Origin: Candidatus Hermodarchaeota archaeon
GTDB lineage: Archaea > Asgardarchaeota > Lokiarchaeia > Sigyniarchaeales > SOKP01
Direction: 5' to 3'
Assembly: GCA_048885535.1 (NCBI GenBank)
Contig: JBHLLO010000026.1
Location: forward strand, 1 to 40,949
DNA: 40,949 nucleotides
Part shown: piece by piece, positions 28,672 to 37,553 of the stretch
Layout of the letters: the number at the start of each line of letters is the position of its first letter
Numbering within the stretch: position 1 is the first letter of the stretch
The notes under the pieces: generated by a model
What the model was told of the DNA's origin: nothing
Seen by the model: the letters and a program-made list of their open reading frames with translations, nothing else
Databases searched by the model: none
Program-made: the position numbers and the translations under genes

Positions 28672-29015
28672 AGATATTGTGCTATCTTATAATAATTGTA
28701 GCATTTTTAATGTATTACCAAAAAAATCCAATTTATACTATAGTAATAATTGGAATTGGAATAAGCCTTTATATATTTTTTAGATCAAGAAAAGGAAAAG
28801 GAGGAATTCTTGGAAAATTTTTAGGAGGAACTCGTTCCGACACCGATGAACGTATGGATGATTTAATTACATTATTCATGTTGCAACAGATGTTTAATAA
28901 TTCACCTCAAAGACAAGCAAGAGCAAATGGAGAGGAGGATAACATTAAGAATAAGCGTTACGAGGAAATAGAAAAGACAAAGCAAGAAATTCTTGATTTA
29001 TTAGAGCGTGATTAA
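28668..29015 (+). CDS. Small membrane protein with N-terminal TM hairpin and helical tail
   Basis: ATGA overlap with the upstream gene. Confidence 0.75.
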   Translation: MKILCYLIIIVAFLMYYQKNPIYTIVIIGIGISLYIFFRSRKGKGGILGKFLGGTRSDTDERMDDLITLFMLQQMFNNSPQRQARANGEEDNIKNKRYEEIEKTKQEILDLLERD

Positions 29016-29720
29016 GTGCAACAAAACTTCTTTAGTGAGATATTATTATTAATTGAGCAAAATTGTATCATATCTATACATGGTAAATCAGGGACGGGAA
29101 AGACTTCTTTAGCATTACACCTTGTAGGATGGTTAATAACCAAACATAAACCTTATCAGGATCAATGTTTATGGATACAAGCTAGTGAATTCTTCCCTTC
29201 TAAAAGATTGAACCAAATTTTTAATGATAATGATGAAAAATTGCAATATATTCGAAACAATATATTTATAGCACCCTTTAAGTGTCCATTTCCATCTTAT
29301 AAGGAACAATTTGAATTCTTACTGGAGTTTAAGGTAAAAATCCTGCCTCCTGAATTAAGATATATTGTCATCGATAATATATCTCATCATCTCCGCTATG
29401 AACTTTCTATTTGCTCTACAATTAAGGAAAAGACAATGCTATTAAATTTGTTCTATCAGAGACAATTATTACCTTTAATAATTTTTTGCCAGAAGAGTGG
29501 CATTGTTCTTATTTTGATCCATGAGGTATCATATAACCCTCCATTAGGAAAAACCCTTCCCTTTTTTCATAAGTTATATGACCGAATAGAATGTATTGAG
29601 ATATATCTTCAAAATGAGTTCAATCAAAGACAACGATCACTCTCTATAAAATATTTGGATCTTCAAAAAAGGATTGAATACCAAATATTTAAGAAGGGAT
29701 TTCAATGGATACACCCTTAA
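29016..29720 (+). CDS. RadB/Rad51-paralogue-like RecA-fold ATPase (no N-terminal domain)
   Basis: GKSGTGKT, WIQASE.F...RL, IVIDNI, LIHEV. Confidence 0.8.
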   Translation: MQQNFFSEILLLIEQNCIISIHGKSGTGKTSLALHLVGWLITKHKPYQDQCLWIQASEFFPSKRLNQIFNDNDEKLQYIRNNIFIAPFKCPFPSYKEQFEFLLEFKVKILPPELRYIVIDNISHHLRYELSICSTIKEKTMLLNLFYQRQLLPLIIFCQKSGIVLILIHEVSYNPPLGKTLPFFHKLYDRIECIEIYLQNEFNQRQRSLSIKYLDLQKRIEYQIFKKGFQWIHP

Positions 29721-29762
29721 TAATTAGTATTTAAAGTAAAAATTTTCCTATACTTTTTTCAA

Positions 29763-29776
29763 TTTTCCTTTAAATA
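29763..29776 (+). promoter_or_regulatory. T-rich-BRE promoter TTTTCC-TTTAAATA
   Basis: Strict motif; 20 nt before ATG 29797. Confidence 0.7.
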
Positions 29777-29796
29777 GATCTACTGTATTATGTTTT

Positions 29797-30180
29797 ATGG
29801 CGCATGATTTTAATCAATTACAATCTAAGAAGATTGAATGTGCGATTTGTCGTGCCGACATAAAGTCTCTTAAGGATACATATCAATCGTATGAATTTCA
29901 CTCTATAGTATGCAAGGAATGTATTAAGAAATTTCCATCTGGAGATATTGATATGATGATCTCACTGTTTTATATCTATGGAGGATATTATGGTCAAAAG
30001 AAAGATACTCCATTTATTATTGAAGATCTTCTTCCATTAATTGTTGATGATTTGAGTAAGCAGGGGTGCAGTATCAAAGAAAATATCGAAGAATTTAGTA
30101 AAAAGTCGTTTCATCAAGCACTTCTCCACGGAATTAGTCCAGAAGAGTACATTAAATCTTTAAGATCCTTATTAGAGTAG
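29797..30180 (+). CDS. Small C4 Zn-finger protein
   Basis: CAIC...VCKEC. Confidence 0.7.
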   Translation: MAHDFNQLQSKKIECAICRADIKSLKDTYQSYEFHSIVCKECIKKFPSGDIDMMISLFYIYGGYYGQKKDTPFIIEDLLPLIVDDLSKQGCSIKENIEEFSKKSFHQALLHGISPEEYIKSLRSLLE

Positions 30181-30274
30181 AGATTTTCCCTTCTTCTTAT
30201 TTACTTTTTGATTTTTCGAATCTAATTAGCTAATAATTGAAATCAAATCTTTTATATACTGGTAAATTGTATCT

Positions 30275-30718
30275 TTGTTCATGAATGAAATCCATATTAA
30301 ACCAATAGGTTTTATAGAAAGAATATCCATTGATGAAGATGATAAAGATAGAACTCTTACTTCCAAGATTATAATTAATAAGAGTTTAACAGAAGCATTG
30401 GATGGTATTACGGACTTTTCCCATATCTATGTAATTTTTTGGATGGATAGAGTAGAAAATACAAGTTACTTACATCATCCTGGCAAAATTCAAGATCGAA
30501 TAGGAATTTTTGCTACGAGGGCTCCAATTCATCCAAATCCTATTGGTTTGACACTCGTTGAGCTGTTGAAACGTGAAGGCAATGTTCTTTGGGTAAAGGG
30601 TCTCGATGCTTATGACAACACTCCCGTTCTAGATATTAAACCCTATCCTGATTGGGAGCATGGGAAATGTATTATAGTAAATAATTATCGAGTTCCTAAA
30701 TGGTTGAAAAAAAGTTAA
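30275..30718 (+). CDS. tsaA: TrmO/TsaA-family SAM-binding tRNA methyltransferase
   Basis: IKPIG, GIFATRAP.HPNPIGL, GLDAYDNTPVLDIKPY. Confidence 0.9.
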   Translation: MFMNEIHIKPIGFIERISIDEDDKDRTLTSKIIINKSLTEALDGITDFSHIYVIFWMDRVENTSYLHHPGKIQDRIGIFATRAPIHPNPIGLTLVELLKREGNVLWVKGLDAYDNTPVLDIKPYPDWEHGKCIIVNNYRVPKWLKKS

Positions 30719-30732
30719 GTTGTGATTATAGA

Positions 30733-30747
30733 TTTTTTCTTTATAAA
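30733..30747 (+). promoter_or_regulatory. T-rich-BRE promoter TTTTTTC-TTTATAAA for radA
   Basis: Strict motif upstream of radA. Confidence 0.65.
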
Positions 30748-30789
30748 TTCAGATTCCTATTTCAATCTAATAAAAATTATAAATAGGAG

Positions 30790-32040
30790 TTGAATGGAAA
30801 AATAGCTGATTTAAATCTTGTTAAAGGAATTAATGCTCGTCAGATCAAACTCCTCCAAGAAAACGGGATTAGCACTGCTGAAGCTTTAGCTATGTCTCCT
30901 CACAATTTTGTATCCGAAATTGATGGATTAGGAGATAAAACTGCGAAGAAGCTTATTTGGAATGCTCGAAACGCTTTAGGCATGACTGAATTTACCACTG
31001 CCGAAGAAATAGATGAGGATACCCAGTATATCAATACGGGATCATCCGAACTCAATCGAATCATGGGAGGTGGACTTCCCACAGGTAAACTCACTGAAGT
31101 GTTTGGACCATTTAAGTCAGGGAAGACCAATTTTGCTCACACAGTTGCAGTAACTGTTCAATTACCAGAAAAACAAGGTGGTCTTAATGGAGCTGTAGCT
31201 TATGTAGATTCCGAGAATACATTTTCAAAAGAAAAGATCAAGAGGATCGCACAGAGATTTGGGCTTGATCCTAAAAAAGTGTTATCTAGAATTCATCATG
31301 CAAGAATATATAGTTCCGATCACCAACAACAAATGATTGCAAAGGCAGAAGCTTTATGCAAAACTCGTGGAGTTAAATTGATTGTAATTGATAGTCTGAT
31401 GGCCCTTTTGCGAAATGAATATATCGGGATAGGGATGTTGGCAAGACGGCAAAATGTATTAAATAATATGATCCACGCACTGTCTCGAACTGCTGAGACC
31501 TATAATTCTGCCATTTTAGTTACTAATCAAGTTGCAACCAAAATGATGGGTATGTTCTCAGCTGAAGATGCAATTGGAGGGAATATTATTGCCCACGGAT
31601 GTCATATACGGATGATGTTCAAGACAAAAGGATTCTCTTCTAACACATCCCTCAAGAGAAGAGCAGTAATTGTAGATGCCCCAGATCTGCCACCTGAAGA
31701 GTGTGAGTTCTACATTACATCAGTTGGGATTGCTGATAATGAACAAACTGATAAGGTTGAAATGAAGCAAAAGGAATTTGATATTGAAACTTTATATGAG
31801 GAATCCAATAATGAGAAAGGAAGAGAATCACCTAACGATAAAAGTGAAAATAATGTTGATTTAACAAACATAAAAGGTATTGGAAAGGGTATTGCTGAAA
31901 ATCTAAAAAGTCATGGAATTTTAACAATAACTCAATTGATAGAGTCTGATCCTACTGAATTATCATCTAGGATAAGTGGCGTTTCGATTAAAAAAATAGA
32001 GGAATGGCAAGCCAGCGCACGAGCAATAAGTAAAACCTAA
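30790..32040 (+). CDS. radA: RadA/Rad51-family recombinase paralogue with extra C-terminal HhH domain
   Basis: N-terminal HhH, FTTA polymerisation motif, GPFKSGKT, DSENTF, VIDSL, TNQV, GGNIIAH, DAPDLP; tail DLTNIKGIG. Confidence 0.92.
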   Translation: MNGKIADLNLVKGINARQIKLLQENGISTAEALAMSPHNFVSEIDGLGDKTAKKLIWNARNALGMTEFTTAEEIDEDTQYINTGSSELNRIMGGGLPTGKLTEVFGPFKSGKTNFAHTVAVTVQLPEKQGGLNGAVAYVDSENTFSKEKIKRIAQRFGLDPKKVLSRIHHARIYSSDHQQQMIAKAEALCKTRGVKLIVIDSLMALLRNEYIGIGMLARRQNVLNNMIHALSRTAETYNSAILVTNQVATKMMGMFSAEDAIGGNIIAHGCHIRMMFKTKGFSSNTSLKRRAVIVDAPDLPPEECEFYITSVGIADNEQTDKVEMKQKEFDIETLYEESNNEKGRESPNDKSENNVDLTNIKGIGKGIAENLKSHGILTITQLIESDPTELSSRISGVSIKKIEEWQASARAISKT

Positions 32041-32068
32041 TTACCTTTTTTTCTATTAACATCACTCT

Positions 32069-32083
32069 AAAAACCTTTATATT
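32069..32083 (+). promoter_or_regulatory. Canonical BRE + TATA (AAAAACC-TTTATATT)
   Basis: Upstream of the transglutaminase-like gene. Confidence 0.5.
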
Positions 32084-32100
32084 ACCTAACAAACAATATA

Positions 32101-32829
32101 ATGTTAAGTAGCTTAACAAATTTGGCTAAAATTTTTAAGGTTTATAAGGTGAAAATTAAGATATCAATGGAAGATTATTTAAAACCAACAGAATTTTGTG
32201 ATTATAAGAATCCCGTAATATCTACTGCTGTAAAAGAACTTACAAAGAATGATAAAACTCCTAGAGAGATGGCACTAAGCATTTTTCATTTTGTACGAGA
32301 CCAGATTAGGTTTTTAATGGTTAGTGAGGATGACAAGGCATCTAATACACTTATGAAAAAATTTGGAGATTGCGGCACTAAAACAAATCTTCAAGTTGCA
32401 ATGTTACGCGCATCAAATATTCCAGCTAGATATCATAATGCTTCATTACATAAAGAATGCCTTAAAGGCATTGTTTCAAAATTATTTTACAAGATATCTC
32501 CAAAAATATTAGAACATCATCTGTGGTGTGAATGCTATCTCTCTGAGAAATGGATATCATGTGATGGTCTTCTTGATAAACCTTTAGTTGAAGTCTTATT
32601 AAGAAAAGGTATTATAACTAAAGAACAAATAAAATCAACAGATTGGGATGGAGAAAATAATCTAAACACAATGGTAAATTGGATGATACAAGATAAAGGT
32701 ACTTTTCCCTTTCTTGAGAATCTAATGCGAGAAATCAAACAAAATTCAAAAAAGTATCCAATTAAGCTTGTAGGGTTCATTATTAATCAATCCAATAAAT
32801 ATACAAATAAAATAAGAAGTCAATTTTAA
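32101..32829 (+). CDS. Transglutaminase-like protein (start may be ATG 32167)
   Basis: YLKPTEFCD, FVRD.I, GDCGTK (Cys), HLWCECY (His), WISCD (Asp). Confidence 0.85.
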   Translation: MLSSLTNLAKIFKVYKVKIKISMEDYLKPTEFCDYKNPVISTAVKELTKNDKTPREMALSIFHFVRDQIRFLMVSEDDKASNTLMKKFGDCGTKTNLQVAMLRASNIPARYHNASLHKECLKGIVSKLFYKISPKILEHHLWCECYLSEKWISCDGLLDKPLVEVLLRKGIITKEQIKSTDWDGENNLNTMVNWMIQDKGTFPFLENLMREIKQNSKKYPIKLVGFIINQSNKYTNKIRSQF

Positions 32830-32863
32830 ATAAAAAATCAAAATTTTGTCTTAATGAATTAAA

Positions 32864-33877
32864 TTAGTCTTTAATTTTAATTTTGAAATGATTTTTTTTC
32901 CGGTTAATTACTATACCCACAACAATAACCCCCATAAAACTTCCTATTCCAATAACAGTTAAGAATCCCCACTCAAGTGGAACCCAAAAATAGTGTTCAA
33001 CTGAGGTTTGGTTGCTATCAGGAGGAGGATCACAAATCTTTCCATCATCTATGATAGCATATGCGACACTCATCCATGGCACCTCAAAATAAAGTTCAAT
33101 GTCAATGGTATACATACCTGCTACCGCTGTTCCAAATGTAAATATATTCACATCGGCGATTCCAGCTAAAGAATTATTGGCATATATTTGAAATTCTCTA
33201 TAGGAGGGATCTGAAATATTAAAAAATATATCCCCACGATTACTCAATAGGATAGAAATTGAAGAAACTCTCCCAATATAGAACTTGTATCTTTGTTCAG
33301 TTAGGAATGAAATATCATGTTGAATAAAGTATCCATTTGAGAAGCATGTAACTTCATAAAAGATAATCCTACCATGTTCCTCCATTGGAATCTTATCATA
33401 AAGACAAATGATTCCATTATTTCTTATAGTTATTTTTATATTGAGGTTGACTTCAGTTTCCACTTTAAATTGAAAGGAGTAATTCCCTGATATGGCCGTT
33501 CCAAATGGAGTGCTAATTTCTCCACTACCTTGGGATATAGTGGCATAAAAAATTTGGAATTCGCGATCTATAGAGTCCCATAATGTTATATTCATTGTAC
33601 AACTATGAGGAGTAACTACTTGTAGTATAATAGAATGCATGTAAGCTTTCGGTAAGTTGTAAACTAATATATATGTATTTATGCTTTTGGTAAAAGTGAA
33701 TACTTTGGAAATATATTCATAACCATTAATACTCAGCTTATCGGTGGAAATATCTGGTTTTGATTGTGTTGTTACATTTGAAGAACTAACAAATTGGTTC
33801 TTACTTGAGGAACTCATAAGTAGAAGTCCACTAATCAAAAATAAAATTAAAGCAATATAAGATTTTTTAATAGCCAT
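32864..33877 (-). CDS. Secreted, C-terminally anchored beta-rich protein with two internal repeats
   Basis: Signal peptide; REFQIF...PFGTAISGNY and REFQIY...TFGTAVAGMY; C-terminal TM helix with basic tail. Confidence 0.8.
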   Translation of the reverse strand: MAIKKSYIALILFLISGLLLMSSSSKNQFVSSSNVTTQSKPDISTDKLSINGYEYISKVFTFTKSINTYILVYNLPKAYMHSIILQVVTPHSCTMNITLWDSIDREFQIFYATISQGSGEISTPFGTAISGNYSFQFKVETEVNLNIKITIRNNGIICLYDKIPMEEHGRIIFYEVTCFSNGYFIQHDISFLTEQRYKFYIGRVSSISILLSNRGDIFFNISDPSYREFQIYANNSLAGIADVNIFTFGTAVAGMYTIDIELYFEVPWMSVAYAIIDDGKICDPPPDSNQTSVEHYFWVPLEWGFLTVIGIGSFMGVIVVGIVINRKKNHFKIKIKD

Positions 33878-34184
33878 ACACCTTTAGTTCTTTAAATTCT
33901 GACTTCAATTCTTTTATTATAGCGCATCTATCAGAATCAATACAACTAAAACATGGCTGATCTGTCCAAAAATATGCTGGCTGATGAGGAAGCTCTATAA
34001 TTAAAATAGGTAACTTATTTCTAGGACAATCAAGAGCAGAATTATTTATCTTACCTCTCCTTGGTAGAGCATAAGAAGTCTCACATATTTCACATTTAAC
34101 TAATCGTTTATAATTCGAAGTTTTATACATTAAAAGCGAGCATTGACACTGTGGACATATCCCGATCTCATCCAATCTTCTCAT
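33867..34184 (-). CDS. Stand-alone topoisomerase-I-type Zn-ribbon protein
   Basis: IGICPQC...VKCEIC..SYALP..G...CP, CFSC...C; GTGGTGA SD. Confidence 0.7.
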   Translation of the reverse strand: MRRLDEIGICPQCQCSLLMYKTSNYKRLVKCEICETSYALPRRGKINNSALDCPRNKLPILIIELPHQPAYFWTDQPCFSCIDSDRCAIIKELKSEFKELKVYGY

Positions 34185-34229
34185 TCGTTCACCACTTAAA
34201 ATAAATTTAGAACAGTTTATTGATTGCGA

Positions 34230-34244
34230 TATATAAAGAAAAAA
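34230..34244 (-). promoter_or_regulatory. T-rich-BRE promoter TTTTTTC-TTTATATA
   Basis: Strict motif upstream of ATG 34184. Confidence 0.65.
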
Positions 34245-34417
34245 TTAAAAAATTAGAAATTTGCCCAACACAGTTCATTTAAATGCGGTTTAAATTGTAT
34301 CTAACTAGATTCTCATTCGTTGATAACTTAAATACTACTTTAGAGGTTAGACATACCTTCCTAACCTCTTTTTCTCATATTTTTCACTTATAATATTAAT
34401 TTCTTTTTTTTTAGAAA

Positions 34418-34432
34418 TTTTTCATTTAAAAA
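34418..34432 (+). promoter_or_regulatory. T-rich-BRE promoter variant TTTTTCA-TTTAAAAA
   Basis: 21 nt before ATG 34454. Confidence 0.55.
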
Positions 34433-34453
34433 ACCCTAATTAAATAAGAGAAT

Positions 34454-34678
34454 ATGGTTATATTTGATTATTTTGATGGGTTTTTAGCAGGTATAGATTT
34501 TTTAATCGCTTTAGGATCAATAATTGGTTTATTAGGAGTTATTGTTGGATTTATCTTTTTTATGTGTGGTAGCAACCGAATGCGAACTCGAATGTTAGGA
34601 GTTATTATTGTGTCTTTAATATTGCTTGCTATATGTGGTACACAAACAGGACTCAGATATTTTAGTATTTATCGCTAA
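34454..34678 (+). CDS. 74-aa two-TM hairpin protein, possibly VirB2/TrbC/CedA1-type pilin
   Basis: Gly-rich helix, short basic loop NRMRTR, second hydrophobic helix; pilin identity is inferred from size and pattern only. Confidence 0.65.
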   Translation: MVIFDYFDGFLAGIDFLIALGSIIGLLGVIVGFIFFMCGSNRMRTRMLGVIIVSLILLAICGTQTGLRYFSIYR

Positions 34679-34709
34679 TTTTTCTTCTTTGTTATTTTTG
34701 TATTAAAAT

Positions 34710-35075
34710 TCAATGATATCCTGGCGGCTGATTAATTCCTAATTGGAATCCAAACAAAACAAATACTTGTCCAGTAAGGAAATATCCTGCCCATAAAAGT
34801 ACTATGCTGAATATCATAGCTTTAAAGTAAATCTTTCGAGTGACAAAAATTAAGAGAATTAAGAATCCAAGTATTACCCAACCAGCTAAAATGCATACTT
34901 CGCCTAATTTAGTAAAAATAACATAGAAAATGGAACCGATTTGATATTGTAGATTCATACCAAAAAATGGAACCCAGACTGCGATAAAAGCTAAAATTCC
35001 AAAAAAGAAAATTGTAAAACCTCTTGATCTTCTCTTTTTCTCTCCATAAAATAGAAAAGGATCTTTTTTAACCAA
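34710..35075 (-). CDS. Small 3-TM membrane protein
   Basis: GGAGAG SD before TTG; basic N-terminus followed by hydrophobic helices. Confidence 0.75.
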   Translation of the reverse strand: MVKKDPFLFYGEKKRRSRGFTIFFFGILAFIAVWVPFFGMNLQYQIGSIFYVIFTKLGEVCILAGWVILGFLILLIFVTRKIYFKAMIFSIVLLWAGYFLTGQVFVLFGFQLGINQPPGYH

Positions 35076-35117
35076 AATACTCTCCTTATGTAATTTCTTA
35101 ACAAATTCAGATAATCC

Positions 35118-35132
35118 TATTTAAAGGAAAAA
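35118..35132 (-). promoter_or_regulatory. T-rich-BRE promoter TTTTTCC-TTTAAATA
   Basis: Strict motif upstream of 35075. Confidence 0.65.
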
Positions 35133-35143
35133 CCTCAAGACTA

Positions 35144-35158
35144 TTTTTTGTTTAAATA
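35144..35158 (+). promoter_or_regulatory. T-rich-BRE promoter variant TTTTTTG-TTTAAATA
   Basis: Back-to-back with the copy at 35118; precedes two small ORFs. Confidence 0.55.
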
Positions 35159-35207
35159 GATCTAGAAATTGAAGTTATAAGCTAAAAGAAAGCTTAGGTG
35201 AAATATA

Positions 35208-35342
35208 TTGCCAGGAATTTATGATTTTGAAAGATATATAATGTGGAAATGGTGGAGAAATCAAATAAAAGAACAAATGATAAAAAATAAACATGCTAAA
35301 AGAAGACGATACAAATCAAAAAAGAAAAGGGAGAGATTATGA
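35208..35342 (+). CDS. Unannotated 44-aa basic, Trp-rich peptide MPGIYDFERYIMWKWWRNQIKEQMIKNKHAKRRRYKSKKKRERL
   Basis: AGGTGA SD before TTG; ATGA overlap with the next ORF. Confidence 0.55.
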   Translation: MPGIYDFERYIMWKWWRNQIKEQMIKNKHAKRRRYKSKKKRERL

Positions 35343-35434
35343 AAAAAACGCAGATTGACACTTTAGCTTTAGTTGCAGCGTTTGGAGTCCTAATTAGTTT
35401 AAGTGTTTGGTTTGCCTTTTTCATATTCTTTTGA
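35339..35434 (+). CDS. Unannotated 31-aa single-TM peptide MKKTQIDTLALVAAFGVLISLSVWFAFFIFF
   Basis: GGGAG SD; ATGA translational coupling. Confidence 0.5.
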   Translation: MKKTQIDTLALVAAFGVLISLSVWFAFFIFF

Positions 35435-35473
35435 AAGAAAGGTGATTTATTATTATTTTATTGATTTTTCTGC

Positions 35474-36256
35474 TTAGTTAGTAGGTTTATCAATTTCATC
35501 AAGCCATTTCTTAATAGTTATCATACTCTCATCTAGTTCATCTGCGATATCTTGAATTGATCTACCTAATTCATAGTATTGATGCTTTAACCATTGCGGA
35601 TCTCCTTTTTTTTCTTGTATTCTTTCTTCTCTATCTACTTTTTCTTTATGTTTTCGAAAATAACTTAGAATCGTACTAGAAATCAGCCCTACTCCTATAA
35701 TCATGAAAGCAAAACCATAAGATCCAATACTATAAATCCAAGGTAAAAACCTCATGATTAGATCGTTAACATATATTCCAACAGGTATGAGAATAATACC
35801 TATGATTATTAAAATGATATTTGCAAGAATTTGATCAATACGTAAATCGTCTTGAGGATTAGGATGGTGTCGCTTCAGTCTCCTCGTTATATCAAGATAA
35901 GAGGCAACTATAAACAGTATTAGTATGATTATAGGTATAATAGCGAATATTATACTATTAGGTAGAGTTAATAAAAATATAATTGGTATGGCTACTAAAA
36001 AGACAACTATACTCCATCTTAATATAAAGTCTCCTATTAATCCATATCTTTTTACAATATAAATACCTAATAGGCTGATAAGAATAATTATAGTTCCAAT
36101 GCCATAAATGCCAAAAACAATGATAAGAAATAATGTGTTATATGATGTTATTAGTAAAATTACTAAATCTATCCCAGCTATCATGAGAAATATTCCAAAT
36201 ACAATTGAAATATACCAACCGAGTTTGAGACCATATTCATATAAATCTTCACTCAT
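35474..36256 (-). CDS. 6-TM membrane protein with C-terminal HTH
   Basis: WLKHQYYELGRSIQDIADEL...TIKKWL HTH pattern; canonical promoter CAGAAATA-TTTATATT at about 36303-36318. Confidence 0.8.
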   Translation of the reverse strand: MSEDLYEYGLKLGWYISIVFGIFLMIAGIDLVILLITSYNTLFLIIVFGIYGIGTIIILISLLGIYIVKRYGLIGDFILRWSIVVFLVAIPIIFLLTLPNSIIFAIIPIIILILFIVASYLDITRRLKRHHPNPQDDLRIDQILANIILIIIGIILIPVGIYVNDLIMRFLPWIYSIGSYGFAFMIIGVGLISSTILSYFRKHKEKVDREERIQEKKGDPQWLKHQYYELGRSIQDIADELDESMITIKKWLDEIDKPTN

Positions 36257-36355
36257 TTTTTAATCTCGCAATTTTTTTAATAAATAAATGTAATTTGATT
36301 TGAATATAAATATTTCTGTAGCTAATGAAATTGGACTATTTGATTTAACTTAGAG

Positions 36356-36369
36356 TTTTTTTTTAAAAA
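36356..36369 (+). promoter_or_regulatory. T-rich-BRE promoter variant TTTTTT-TTTAAAAA
   Basis: 21 nt before ATG 36391. Confidence 0.5.
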
Positions 36370-36390
36370 GAAGTATAAAAAATCAAACCT

Positions 36391-37485
36391 ATGGGAGTAA
36401 AGTTAAAAGATATTATAATTCGGAATAATATAAAGGTTTCCGAATTAGCAGGAAGTATCATCGCTATTGATGCTCCGAATATCATAATGAGTCTATTTAA
36501 TTTCACGCGGAAAAACCCAGACGGAAGAAATGCAGGACTTCTTATGGATAAAACTCAGCGTCCTATATCTCATTTATACGGGTTACTCTATCGAATTAAC
36601 TTCCTTTATAGCAAGCTTATATTCCCGATATTTTGTTTCGATGGAAAAGATTCTGAATTAAAGCGGAAAATTCCTAATGATCAACTTAAGGATTTTCTTT
36701 TCATGCAGAAGTGGTATCGATCAACTATAGAATCAGGAGAAGTAGAGTTTGCTAAAGCTATTGCAGCTAATCGGGAATATCAATGGCAGACCATTATTAT
36801 GGAGTCGAAAGAATTATTGAATGCACTAGGAGTTCCGTATATTAATTCCCCTGCCTCAGCAGAATCTCAATGTGCTCAATTAGTTAAGGACCAGATTGTT
36901 CATTTTTCTAATTCTCAAGATTTTGATTCCTTGTTATTTGGATGTCCTCACTTGCTACAAAACCTCTCTAAAACATTGCGAAGAAAAATTCAGGGTAAGT
37001 GGATCTATCAAAGATTAACTCCTGTAAGAATTGATCTTGGTTTTAACTTAAAAAGTCTTGATATAAATCAATTTCAATTAGTAGATATGGCTATCTTGAT
37101 TGGATGTGATTATTTCCCTGGTATCAAAGGAATTGGTCCAAAAAAGGCACTAAATTTAATAAAGAAACATATTGGTCTAGAAGAAGTCATTTCCCAAGAA
37201 AAGGGTAAGTTTAATTTTGAAAACGTTACTCCTGAGTTAATGACTCGCGTAAGAAGAATTTTCTTACTTCCAGATGTATTTCAAGGTTATTCAGGAATAT
37301 CGTGGAACATGCCAAACGAATCTCTGGTCTATTCTTTCTTATGTGAAGCCCATTATTTAAATAGGGAACGAGTTCAAACTAATTTAAGGCGCTTAATTCA
37401 AAGCTATGAAAAGTGTAGGGCATATTTTATTAACCAAGACAGAATATCACCAAAATTACAGATGACTTTGGATCACTTTAGATAA
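36391..37485 (+). CDS. fen: FEN1/XPG-family flap endonuclease paralogue with PIP box
   Basis: MGVKL, IAIDA, SHLYG, FDGK, SQDFDSLLFG, GCDY.PGIKGIGPKKA, C-terminal QMTLDHF. Confidence 0.9.
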   Translation: MGVKLKDIIIRNNIKVSELAGSIIAIDAPNIIMSLFNFTRKNPDGRNAGLLMDKTQRPISHLYGLLYRINFLYSKLIFPIFCFDGKDSELKRKIPNDQLKDFLFMQKWYRSTIESGEVEFAKAIAANREYQWQTIIMESKELLNALGVPYINSPASAESQCAQLVKDQIVHFSNSQDFDSLLFGCPHLLQNLSKTLRRKIQGKWIYQRLTPVRIDLGFNLKSLDINQFQLVDMAILIGCDYFPGIKGIGPKKALNLIKKHIGLEEVISQEKGKFNFENVTPELMTRVRRIFLLPDVFQGYSGISWNMPNESLVYSFLCEAHYLNRERVQTNLRRLIQSYEKCRAYFINQDRISPKLQMTLDHFR

Positions 37486-37499
37486 TTTTTCTTTATAAA
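37486..37499 (+). promoter_or_regulatory. T-rich-BRE promoter TTTTTC-TTTATAAA
   Basis: Strict motif upstream of the 37554-RPA gene pair. Confidence 0.6.
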
Positions 37500-37553
37500 T
37501 GTCTATTTTACATTTTCAATAAAGAATAGAGCTATTCTTATACTCGATGAATT

